Source of the DNA: an uncultured virus (IMG/VR IMGVR_UViG_2049941000_000011)
Taxonomy: Duplodnaviria > Heunggongvirae > Uroviricota > Caudoviricetes
Virus record (IMG/VR): IMGVR_UViG_2049941000_000011
DNA length: 64,000 nucleotides
Strand: one strand, 5' to 3'
In this document: piece by piece, positions 31,311 through 41,200 of the stretch
Layout of the letters: each line of letters begins with the position of its first letter
How positions within the stretch are numbered: the first letter of the stretch is position 1
Made by a program: the position numbers and the translations under genes
Notes under the pieces: model-generated
What the model saw: the letters and a program-made list of their open reading frames with translations, nothing else
Told to the model about the DNA's origin: nothing
Databases searched by the model: none

Positions 31311-32573
31311 TCACCTTGTAACAAAAGGTAAATTCTTTAAATTACTAAATGAGATACTCATTTGGTTATTATAATCAAGAGAGCATGAAATACTATTTAG
31401 TAAAAACCTTTCATATTTTAAATTAAAAAATGTATCTGAGATGCTAATTAAATTATTAACTTCTAATAATGGATTAAATAAAACGTTAGCACTTGTAGAA
31501 CTTTTAAGAATTAGTTGTTGTCTTAGTTCGTATTCTGCACGTTCTTTTGCTAAGACATTAGAAGTAATATTACTATCATTAATAATACTACCAGTTCGAT
31601 AGCCAATACGTTGCCAACATAGTGGTGAAGCTGTATCATCATTAACAGCGATATATTTATATACACCGCCATTTGTCGAGCTTCCAATAACGACTATTTT
31701 ATTAATAATTTGATTCATATCAAAACTGAAATCTAATTGACTTAAATCACCTTTATCTGCGTCAAATTCATAAATTAAAGGCTTATCTTGATCTGTCGTA
31801 ACTTCATTAATAGGCACAACAGTCAAGCATCCATAAGCATTGTAGAATATTTCAGCAGATAGCTGTGTGGCGAGATCTAAAAGAATACTCCCTAAAGTGT
31901 CGCCTGCACTTTTAGAGATAGTACATTGAGTAGTTTTACCTTCAAATGCCGAATGATAAATCAACTTTTGGCTATCCAAAGGCGCGCCGTTACCCATATC
32001 AGTAAGTAAAATACTCTGAATAATTGATTTAATTTCTGTACCGACAGGTATTTCATAAGTAGAGTCGATTCTACCAGTTGAATCTTCGAATAAACTAAAT
32101 TTATCACTGGCAGAAATTTGAACTTCTTTTCCTGTAGGGGTATTATTTGCAGTAATTTGAGTAATAACAAAAATGCCTTTTTGAAACCAAATAGTTTGAT
32201 TATTAGGTAAAATTAGCCCCATATCTAGTCTTAGTCGTGTACCAGACCAAAAACTATTAATATCTGGAGTATATTTTCCAGATTCATTATATAAACCAAA
32301 AGACAAAGCTCTTCTCTGCCCATTTTGGTAATTTTCATTCCAAGATCCTCCGAGTTTAATATCCTCGCGAGGTATTTCATAATTTATAGCTTCATCAGGG
32401 TATAAAACCATGATTCTAAAAATTGAGGAAACCATATTATTACTAATTTGGTAACTCAAAGATTGAAAATCTATGTTTTGGGTAATATATGTTCCATTTT
32501 CTGTAATTGAAAAAGGGAGTATATCACCACTCACCAGATTAAGATAATTATTCATATGGTTTCCTCCTATCAC
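31311..32573 (-). CDS. Tail/baseplate hub-like protein
   Basis: Position in tail module; QKGIFVI, DKFS, FYNAYG, INKIVVIG, ERAEYEL, NPLLEVNNLI pattern. Confidence 0.65.
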   Translation of the reverse strand: MIGGNHMNNYLNLVSGDILPFSITENGTYITQNIDFQSLSYQISNNMVSSIFRIMVLYPDEAINYEIPREDIKLGGSWNENYQNGQRRALSFGLYNESGKYTPDINSFWSGTRLRLDMGLILPNNQTIWFQKGIFVITQITANNTPTGKEVQISASDKFSLFEDSTGRIDSTYEIPVGTEIKSIIQSILLTDMGNGAPLDSQKLIYHSAFEGKTTQCTISKSAGDTLGSILLDLATQLSAEIFYNAYGCLTVVPINEVTTDQDKPLIYEFDADKGDLSQLDFSFDMNQIINKIVVIGSSTNGGVYKYIAVNDDTASPLCWQRIGYRTGSIINDSNITSNVLAKERAEYELRQQLILKSSTSANVLFNPLLEVNNLISISDTFFNLKYERFLLNSISCSLDYNNQMSISFSNLKNLPFVTR

Positions 32574-32579
32574 ATATTT

Positions 32580-33848
32580 TTATAAATGTTTAAGACCTGT
32601 CTTAAACATAGGAATTTTTTCCACGGTCTTATTTGGATTATTCTTATTATTAGAATAAATTGGTTGAACGTCGCCATAAATAACAACGTGATCGACAGAA
32701 TCTATTTGCTTCCATTGGAAAGAAATATTATCTGGTTGATTATAATAATTAGTTTTTGGAGTGTTATCCCCACTCATAATTTGTACTATCCACGCTTGAC
32801 CTTTATTATCTCTCAATAATTTAGGATTCTTCGAAGCTAGTAATTCGCGCCATTGATTTAACATATAGACGCGATCGTTCGTTGTTAGTGGTTGTGGGCC
32901 TCTAGAGTACCACATTCTTTCAACATATGCCGAACTATTGTATGGTCTAATTTCACTTCCTAATAATGCAGATACATTACCTGAAATATTATTACCCAAA
33001 CCAAAACCAATTTTTGGATATTGTCCGAGAGTCTGTATTTCATTACGACTGATATTTTGTGCTTGGGCACCTGTTTCTAAATTATACTTAAAGAACCACA
33101 TTTGATTTAAATTTACTTGATATTTCTTCTTGATAAGCGGTATATTATGTTCCTTTTCTTGAGGAATTAATTCTGCTATCATCCAATCTTGCCAATTAGA
33201 CACAATTGGAGAACCTGTTTGAGATTCATTACGAGTATCTCCTTGAACGAAATTATTACCGATAAAGACGACTCCGTCATAATTAGCAAAAGATTGATAT
33301 TCTTGTTGATCAAATAGTGAGTTAGCACTATAACAAACATATTGATAAGTTTTATCACATTGAATATTAAAATCTCTGAAATTACCCATTGATGTATCAA
33401 TTAATACAGGTTCCCATTCACTTTTATATTCTTTATATATATAATCGTTAACATTTGAATCAAATTCTTTAAAAATTTCATATTCACGACGATAAAAAGA
33501 ATATTTATTATTAGTAGTTTCTAACGAAGGAGAATATAAACCCTGATACGCTGGGATATTATCACGCAATTGTTCATCAAAATTAAGGATGACAGGGGAA
33601 TAATTTTTTAATACATCGTTCCCCTGTCCTTTACTTAAACCGAAAATCGCATCGTAAGTAATTGTGCCTGAATGAGGATCAGATATTGAATAAATTTGAG
33701 AAAGCAAACTATCTTGTGCTGTGGAAAATAAATACGCATAGTCGACAAACATTTGACCATCGTGATATTGATCTAAATATAACATACCGTCTTCTAAATT
33801 AGTACCTACTCCAGAAAAACGAATAGAAAATCTTCTGTTTCCTGCCAT
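32580..33848 (-). CDS. Tail/baseplate structural protein
   Basis: Position; YPKIGFG...SKNPKLLRDNKG distal-tail-like C-terminus. Confidence 0.6.
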   Translation of the reverse strand: MAGNRRFSIRFSGVGTNLEDGMLYLDQYHDGQMFVDYAYLFSTAQDSLLSQIYSISDPHSGTITYDAIFGLSKGQGNDVLKNYSPVILNFDEQLRDNIPAYQGLYSPSLETTNNKYSFYRREYEIFKEFDSNVNDYIYKEYKSEWEPVLIDTSMGNFRDFNIQCDKTYQYVCYSANSLFDQQEYQSFANYDGVVFIGNNFVQGDTRNESQTGSPIVSNWQDWMIAELIPQEKEHNIPLIKKKYQVNLNQMWFFKYNLETGAQAQNISRNEIQTLGQYPKIGFGLGNNISGNVSALLGSEIRPYNSSAYVERMWYSRGPQPLTTNDRVYMLNQWRELLASKNPKLLRDNKGQAWIVQIMSGDNTPKTNYYNQPDNISFQWKQIDSVDHVVIYGDVQPIYSNNKNNPNKTVEKIPMFKTGLKHL

Positions 33849-33862
33849 ATTATATCCTCCTC

Positions 33863-36800
33863 TTACTCAGCATAATAAATAAAGAATTTAGCAAATTTGT
33901 CGAAATATTGAGAACTACTATTGTATAAGAATAAATGAACCTCACCATAAAGATTTTCTTCACCACCATTATACTCGTCATATGCTATATGTACATGATT
34001 CCAATTCTCATAAATTGCTTGAATATTGAAAATTCTATATTCGACTTTATATTCTTGTGTAGACAGAGAATCAGGATGTCTAGGCAATGCAATAAATTCG
34101 CGCATATCCCAGTTTTGATCTTTAATATTATGATCTGAAGTAATGTCATTCCATGTCGGAGCATCTTCATATAAAGAATCATAATCTTCTAGCCAATAAC
34201 TATATTCTTCGATATATTCGTCCGAACTATTTTTATATTCTGGCCAATATTGGTCGAATCCACCGTGACTGCTTGGTGTAAAATAATGTAGTGCAAAATT
34301 TTCAGAACCACCGTCAATAAATTTTCCGTCAACATTAGCTACGGTTTTAAGATTAACTCTATCTTCAACCCAATAAATCGGACCTCGACACAATCTCGAA
34401 GATACATCTGTTCTATCAAACACTTCACCCGATTGTTGATTACTATCTGTGTACGCCACATCATCATTCGGACACACAACGCAACAGTTTCCTAGGAATT
34501 TTTCAGTGCTGGTTAAATATTTATTATTCGAATAATTATTAGCGTCTCCGATAACTTTAAACCATACATTAATAGGATAGAGAGGAAAATGTAAAAATTC
34601 CGTATCTCTATTAATATATGGACCTACAAGATCTGCTGACTGTAAATAGAAATATTCTCCAGTAGGTTCGTGTGTGAAATTATAATCGTTTGTGTATCCT
34701 ATTTTACGTTCTTCTGTTTCACTATATTTATCTTTGTCCACAAAGAAACCTAAATGTATTCTATTTGGATTTAAAACCTTTGCGCCGTTTTCTTCGATAA
34801 AATTATCTGGAATATTAAGCCCAAAAGAGAGATATCCTGTAAAATCATTAGTTGGCAAGAGATGGTCGTCTGCCATATCATGATTTAAAATTGGTAATCC
34901 GTGATGCTCATCATATTCTCCTTCTACATTAACTGTTACACAATCTCCGCAGAAATTATCAGTTAATATAAAAACAGATGTAAAATAAAATTCATTGGCT
35001 TCATTATTTAAAGTCAAGCATTTTTCCGACATTTGTTCTTCGTCTAAAGACATTTCATCATTAGAAAAAAATGCTCCATAGTTCATACCCAAAGTAACAG
35101 CTCTAGAAGGTTGGTATACTCCCGCTGGCGGATAATAATATTCTTCGGAAGAAACCCAGCCAGATTCACGACTAGTTCTATTTCCTGCCACTCCATTCTC
35201 TAATAGTAAATTGACAGGAATGGCTGTTTGAGGAATTTTATCATTACCACTGCCTATACCAGTAACATGCAACCATCCACTACTATCACTACCATAATTG
35301 CCTAAAGGATTATCTGCTAAGTAATCTATGCTAAAATCAAAAGTACTTTGCTCATTAGTATTACTAATATCATATACTTCTATAGATTTTTCTAAAAATT
35401 GATTTTCTAAAAGATAGCAAGGATTGACTTTACCATTATCTTGTAAATTTAGTTTGACTGAATGTGTATCACATTCATATTCTGCATGAAATGGAAGATG
35501 TAATCCTTCTACTGCATTTCCTTGCATTGGTAGCTTAACTGAATAAGTTAACGTATTATTTAAATCATCTGTTACATAAATTAAAATTGTATATTGACGA
35601 TCGTCTTCATTAGTTAATCCGTAAAAGTCAACTTCCATCGCATTATTATATTGCGTTGTAGTATCTTGTAAGATATTATTATTTTTATCTAATAAAACAA
35701 AACGATAACTATTCCATGATACATTCTCTGATTGATTGTAGAATGCAGACATTCTAATAGCGCGGCGGCCATAAAAACCTGGATACTCGAACTGTTTATC
35801 AATGGTGATGTAATTAATTTCATTATCTTTTAAACAGAATATCTTATCATTAATTTTTAAATTTAAATAAGGTGTTTCATAACAGTAAAAAGAGTTCTCA
35901 TCTGAAGCTTTATAATGACTTCTAACTTCATATTGCCATGGAACAGATTTATCCATATTATTATAAGATTCTAATGGATTCAATAGCTCCGTAGCCGTAC
36001 TCACATACCATAAGGTAGTATCAATCTGTGCAGTATCTAACCATCCCGATGCATCTCCATTTGTAAATTGTACTTTTTTATTATTTAACAATTTTAACTT
36101 CATACCAGGCTTCAAGCCAACATATGGAGAAATAAAGGTATGAGTAGTGTCATTACGTAATACTTTTGCAGTAAATAAATCATAGTTTGGAGTAGAATAA
36201 TCATTGTTGTAAAATACTTTACCTCCATGAACTGTACCTTGAGTAATATATACATATTTTTGCGCAGACATAGGGCTTTGAGGCAATTCATGTAAAGTAT
36301 ATGTGTTGCCATTTATTGCTGTAACTTCCCCGAAACGATTATCTCGGAATAAGATTACATCCCCAAGTTGAGGTTTATAATTATCTATACTGCTCATAGT
36401 AAATGGGCTTTGAAAATCGAAATATTCTTCGTATATAGTAACAGTCTTATATATTTTATTGTTAAAAAGCAAAATTGGTTGTTCTGGAATAAACAATAAA
36501 GGAGAAGAACCATTAATGCCCGAAGCACTGCGAGGATCCCATAAATTAAAAGCACCTGCAGATGCTAAGCATTGCATATTCTCTCCTTGCAATTGTCCTC
36601 CAGCACAATAAATAACTTTGCCTATATATGAAGCCCAGTTTTGATAACCTGGAGCACGCTTCAATGTGACGCAATGTTGGTATACTGCACCATATCCATC
36701 GGTTATAGTAACATCTTTACGTAATACCGTATAAATACCCTGACCCTGTGGCCAAGATGAATCAGCATAATAGTGAGTAACATGAGTTAATAATACTGTA

Positions 36801-38185
36801 TTACCTATTGCTATGTTATTGAAATGTGGATCGATCGAGCTACCGCCTATAATAAAAATTTCTTCTTCTGTGACGCTGGTGCCATTCATCTTATTTGATA
36901 TATATATCTCATCACTGATACCAAAATCAACAATATCGGTATTCAAAATATACTCTGCATCATTTGAATGCTTGTAAAATCTACAGTATTGTGCATTCTC
37001 AACGGCTGCTGAAGATAACGAGTTTTGTAATGGATAGATGTGTCCTAATGTTGCATCATAAGACGAAATATATACACGAGAACCTGCTTGATTAACTGCA
37101 TTCTGGCTATTCATTAGTTGAATAAAGCGAGTTTGAAGAACCAGCGGATCTGTAGCTGTGCCAGAAGGAATTTCTTTCATATTCACATCAGAAATTTGAA
37201 TTCTTTCTGGAGTCGAACCCATAATTTGTCCTGCTGATAATTTTCCATCAAACCATTTATCATCTAAGAGACTATAAGACACATAATAAGCATGATTGTC
37301 GTTATAATCATCAAGTCTATAAATATGTCCTTTTCTGGATTCTTCTTGTAGCGAAGTGGTTTCAGGGTAATTTTCTAATTCACCTTGATATAAAGTAATT
37401 TCCCATTTGTATGTATGACCTTCTGCGTCAAAATCCAAAATTTGAGGATTTTTAAACATTCTCCAGCCAGCTTTACCACCTGATACATATTGATGTATAT
37501 CTTCTTTATAATAGAAAATAGTATCTTGATAATCATGACCTTGAAGAGACACAACAGAATAATCGTGGAGGTCGTCCAAAGGAATGAGTTTTAACGTATT
37601 ATTTTCTTTATCAAAAGATAATTTAAATACGCCCTGTTCTAAAATAAATACTAATTGACCATCCATGACATATTCTCCATCTATCAAAGGATATTCATGT
37701 TCGGTTAAATCATAAACATACCCATAGGAAGCCCCTTCATATGTCCAACCTTGTGCATAAGGATCCGATAAAACACATCTTACCCCAATATCGCCCTCAT
37801 AGTAGATAGCATTCACGGATTGTAAAGCACTATGCGCCTCTTCTGGATCGATATCATCACGTAGAATTGGTCTCTTATAATTTTGAAAGAAAGGAATCTT
37901 TAATGTCGTACCATTAACGCCTGTATTTTCACCTGTATTTTCATCAACTAAAACAGAAAGTTCTGAAACAGGACTGATTTCTAAAAGATTATTATTAGTT
38001 AATGGGAAAATAGTGTTACCATTTTCATCAATAATTCTAATTGAATAACCTGTGATATCCATATTGGAAGTATCAATCTTACATTGTAAATATTTAGCAG
38101 TTCCACGAAGATCTGAATCTAACACAGTTCTAGGGTCTAAAGAGTTTAAAAATGGATAACAATATGTCGCTTTGTATACTGCCAT
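33863..38185 (-). CDS. Large virion (baseplate/tail tip) protein, 1440 aa
   Basis: Directly downstream of the tape measure gene; acidic, beta-rich. Confidence 0.65.
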   Translation of the reverse strand: MAVYKATYCYPFLNSLDPRTVLDSDLRGTAKYLQCKIDTSNMDITGYSIRIIDENGNTIFPLTNNNLLEISPVSELSVLVDENTGENTGVNGTTLKIPFFQNYKRPILRDDIDPEEAHSALQSVNAIYYEGDIGVRCVLSDPYAQGWTYEGASYGYVYDLTEHEYPLIDGEYVMDGQLVFILEQGVFKLSFDKENNTLKLIPLDDLHDYSVVSLQGHDYQDTIFYYKEDIHQYVSGGKAGWRMFKNPQILDFDAEGHTYKWEITLYQGELENYPETTSLQEESRKGHIYRLDDYNDNHAYYVSYSLLDDKWFDGKLSAGQIMGSTPERIQISDVNMKEIPSGTATDPLVLQTRFIQLMNSQNAVNQAGSRVYISSYDATLGHIYPLQNSLSSAAVENAQYCRFYKHSNDAEYILNTDIVDFGISDEIYISNKMNGTSVTEEEIFIIGGSSIDPHFNNIAIGNTVLLTHVTHYYADSSWPQGQGIYTVLRKDVTITDGYGAVYQHCVTLKRAPGYQNWASYIGKVIYCAGGQLQGENMQCLASAGAFNLWDPRSASGINGSSPLLFIPEQPILLFNNKIYKTVTIYEEYFDFQSPFTMSSIDNYKPQLGDVILFRDNRFGEVTAINGNTYTLHELPQSPMSAQKYVYITQGTVHGGKVFYNNDYSTPNYDLFTAKVLRNDTTHTFISPYVGLKPGMKLKLLNNKKVQFTNGDASGWLDTAQIDTTLWYVSTATELLNPLESYNNMDKSVPWQYEVRSHYKASDENSFYCYETPYLNLKINDKIFCLKDNEINYITIDKQFEYPGFYGRRAIRMSAFYNQSENVSWNSYRFVLLDKNNNILQDTTTQYNNAMEVDFYGLTNEDDRQYTILIYVTDDLNNTLTYSVKLPMQGNAVEGLHLPFHAEYECDTHSVKLNLQDNGKVNPCYLLENQFLEKSIEVYDISNTNEQSTFDFSIDYLADNPLGNYGSDSSGWLHVTGIGSGNDKIPQTAIPVNLLLENGVAGNRTSRESGWVSSEEYYYPPAGVYQPSRAVTLGMNYGAFFSNDEMSLDEEQMSEKCLTLNNEANEFYFTSVFILTDNFCGDCVTVNVEGEYDEHHGLPILNHDMADDHLLPTNDFTGYLSFGLNIPDNFIEENGAKVLNPNRIHLGFFVDKDKYSETEERKIGYTNDYNFTHEPTGEYFYLQSADLVGPYINRDTEFLHFPLYPINVWFKVIGDANNYSNNKYLTSTEKFLGNCCVVCPNDDVAYTDSNQQSGEVFDRTDVSSRLCRGPIYWVEDRVNLKTVANVDGKFIDGGSENFALHYFTPSSHGGFDQYWPEYKNSSDEYIEEYSYWLEDYDSLYEDAPTWNDITSDHNIKDQNWDMREFIALPRHPDSLSTQEYKVEYRIFNIQAIYENWNHVHIAYDEYNGGEENLYGEVHLFLYNSSSQYFDKFAKFFIYYAE

Positions 38186-38229
38186 ATGAATTTCCTCCTT
38201 GTTTATATAAAACGAATAAAATATTTCTT

Positions 38230-41200
38230 TTATTTGTAAGACATATATGTCTTAAATAAATCTTTTNNNNNNNNNNNNNNNNNNNNNNNNNNNNNNNNNN
38301 NNNNNNNNNNNNNNNNNNNNNNNNNNNNNNNNNNNNNNNNNNNNNNNNNNNNNNNNNNNNNNNNNNNNNNNNNNNNNNNNNNNNNNNNNNNNNNNNNNNN
38401 NNNNNNNNNNNNNNNNNNNNNNNNNNNNNNNTCAACTTGCATATTAATTGTGTTAATATTAATAGATTCATCAGTAGATGTACCAACACCTGTAAATTTA
38501 GGATTACTTAAGTGAAGCTCTAACATTCTCATAAGATTTGGAGCTACATCACCCAAAGCCCAGAGATTCTTAGTAATATCAGCAGGAATAATACCTGTTT
38601 GTGAAGGCAATGAAGTTAATGTACCTTGTGGCGTAATAATCGCCTCAGTTCCTAATTCATTGACCATAACAGGACCACCAGCGAAAGATAAATCACCAGT
38701 ATATTTTCCATCTGCTAGATCGGTATAATCAGGTGTGTATACTTCGTCAAATTGAGGTCTCCAGTTTTTACCTTTATCACCGTTTGAGAGATTATTGTTT
38801 TTCCCCGAATCCCCATTAACTTTGTAAACTTTTCCATCCTTTACATAAACAGCATAATCACCATAATAGTCGCTTCCTATACCTAAAATAACATATTCTG
38901 ATACGCCTTTTTGATATAATCTATCAACATAATCTTGTAATGTGTCATCGCTGTCTACAGCTTGATAAACTGTACTATCAGAAGGATAAAAACCTTTTCC
39001 ATCTCCGTTTTTAAGCCACATATATGAATCGTGAGGATCTTTAAGATCTTCCAATATTTCTGCAGCTATCGAACTATCGGTCATTAGCTCCATGTTACTG
39101 GTTCCTTTATAATATTCGCTAGTATCATGTGGATTTTCTAAATCAAACACCATTTTAGGAGTATATCTTTGTTCAGATTCTTTACCATTAGAAGCTGCCC
39201 AAGCACCAACTTTCTCGCCATTACCCATAGCAACCGATGATCCCCACGTTTGAGTGTCTTCTTCAGTCATGCCAACGTTTTTAGCATTTTGCATCGCAGT
39301 ATGAAAATTAGAAAGAGCTGTGTTAAAACTTCTAGAACCTGGTTTTGAATTGGTCAAAACATTCCAGGCCTTTCGTGCCTCTTCAACAGCTTTGGTTTTT
39401 TCAGCAGCATCTGTGTCTGAGCTGTTTTGAATTAAATTAGACAATTTTTCTTCAACGCCATTGATACCCGCTACAATACTCTGATAAAGATCTTCCGCGG
39501 TCTCATAAAAGTTTCCGTCTTTTTCCGCTTCTTTTATATAATCATCATATAATTTTGACAATAACTCAAAATTTTGTTTCTCATAGATAGAAGACAAATC
39601 AGCTTTTTGACTTTCAAGTTCTGCGATTTGTGTTTCAAGTTCTGAAACAGTTTTGCGATTCTCTAAATCACTAATATTCTTCTGAGCATCAATAATAGCA
39701 TTTTGGTCAGATTCATAAACCCAACCGACGCCAGCTCTATAAACACGCTTCTTCTCTTGCATCGCATTTTCTAATTTGAGTTTTGCTTCAATAAGACTGT
39801 TTTCGTATTCACGTTGCTTATTAATATCTTGTAATGCTTCTTTTTGTTCATTCAAATTATTAAGTTCTTGGTCTAAAACTTGAGTTCTAAAATTAATAAT
39901 ATGATCATAACGACCTTTTAAAACACTAGAAGTGATAGATAAATCGAACTGATCCACTATTTCTTTTAAAGAATCAAGAACCTTTTGACCTCTATCAGAA
40001 AGTTTACCATTAGATAAATATTCTTTCTTTAACCAATCTGTGACTGCAGAAATAGAAGTAATATTTTCTTTGTCTAATAATTTAGTGATATCAGAATCAC
40101 CAATTCTTTCATAGAATTTTTCCTTAATAGTTGAATAAGTAGTTTCATCACTCGACACGGCTGTATATTGAGCGTTGACATATTGGTTAGATAAATTTTT
40201 AAGTTTTGTTCCAATCTTTGAAAATAAAGTTGGAATATCACTCATATAAGCAATTAAATCTGGAAATTGATTGATAATTTCATTCATCCACGCAGATACG
40301 TTGCCCGCACCTGTTGTAATAGAATCTAGTAAACCCGTATATTTAGATATTTCGTTTGCTAGCTCTGTCGTAGATAAATAAGTATCTGCTAAAGTTAAAG
40401 AGCCATATTTAGATTCTACAGCCTCAAGTTGATCGACTGTTGTGCCTAAAGAAGCTGCAAAAGATTCTAAAATCCTTTGTACTTGTTTAGTATTACCTAA
40501 TTTTTCTCTTAATTTAAGAGCTTCTGATAAAGTATATGCCTGACCAGAAAGTACAGCACTTATTTCGTCATCTCCTAAATTCTTAACTTGACGCATTAAA
40601 TAATCATATCCAGCATCCGTTAATTTACCATTATCAAATAAAGTATAACCATCAAAACCATGGTCTTCTGCAGATTCACCAATTGCTTGTAAAATCTGTT
40701 CATTACCAAGATTTTTCAATTGAGCAATACTCATATCTTGAATATATTGGTCTTGATATTTAGCATCGATTAAACCTTGTCGTAACGAAATATCATTACG
40801 CTCGTCCATCATCTGGCTAATCATCGCATTTTGTTCTTTTAATGTAGCAAGTAATTCTTCTGCATTTTTAATATCCTCAGCGTGATTATTTTCAGTATCA
40901 GCTTGCCATTCTTCGATACGATCTTGAATAGCATTCATCTGTTCAGATGTAGTTTTTCTATTCCATTCAGATTCTAATGCATGACGTTTTTCATCTTCTT
41001 CGGCTTGAGCGATTCCCATTTTAATGGCCGCAAAAATACCAAAGCCAACCCCAAGTAACAAACCAATTGGGCCAAGAAGGCTAAGCCCACCAGCGACAGC
41101 TAAAGAACCAGCTCCTAACGCGATACCTGTGCCAACCATTGATCCAACAGCAATACCTGTTCCGACTGCTGCGCCGCCAAGAGCTACACCAACATCTGCT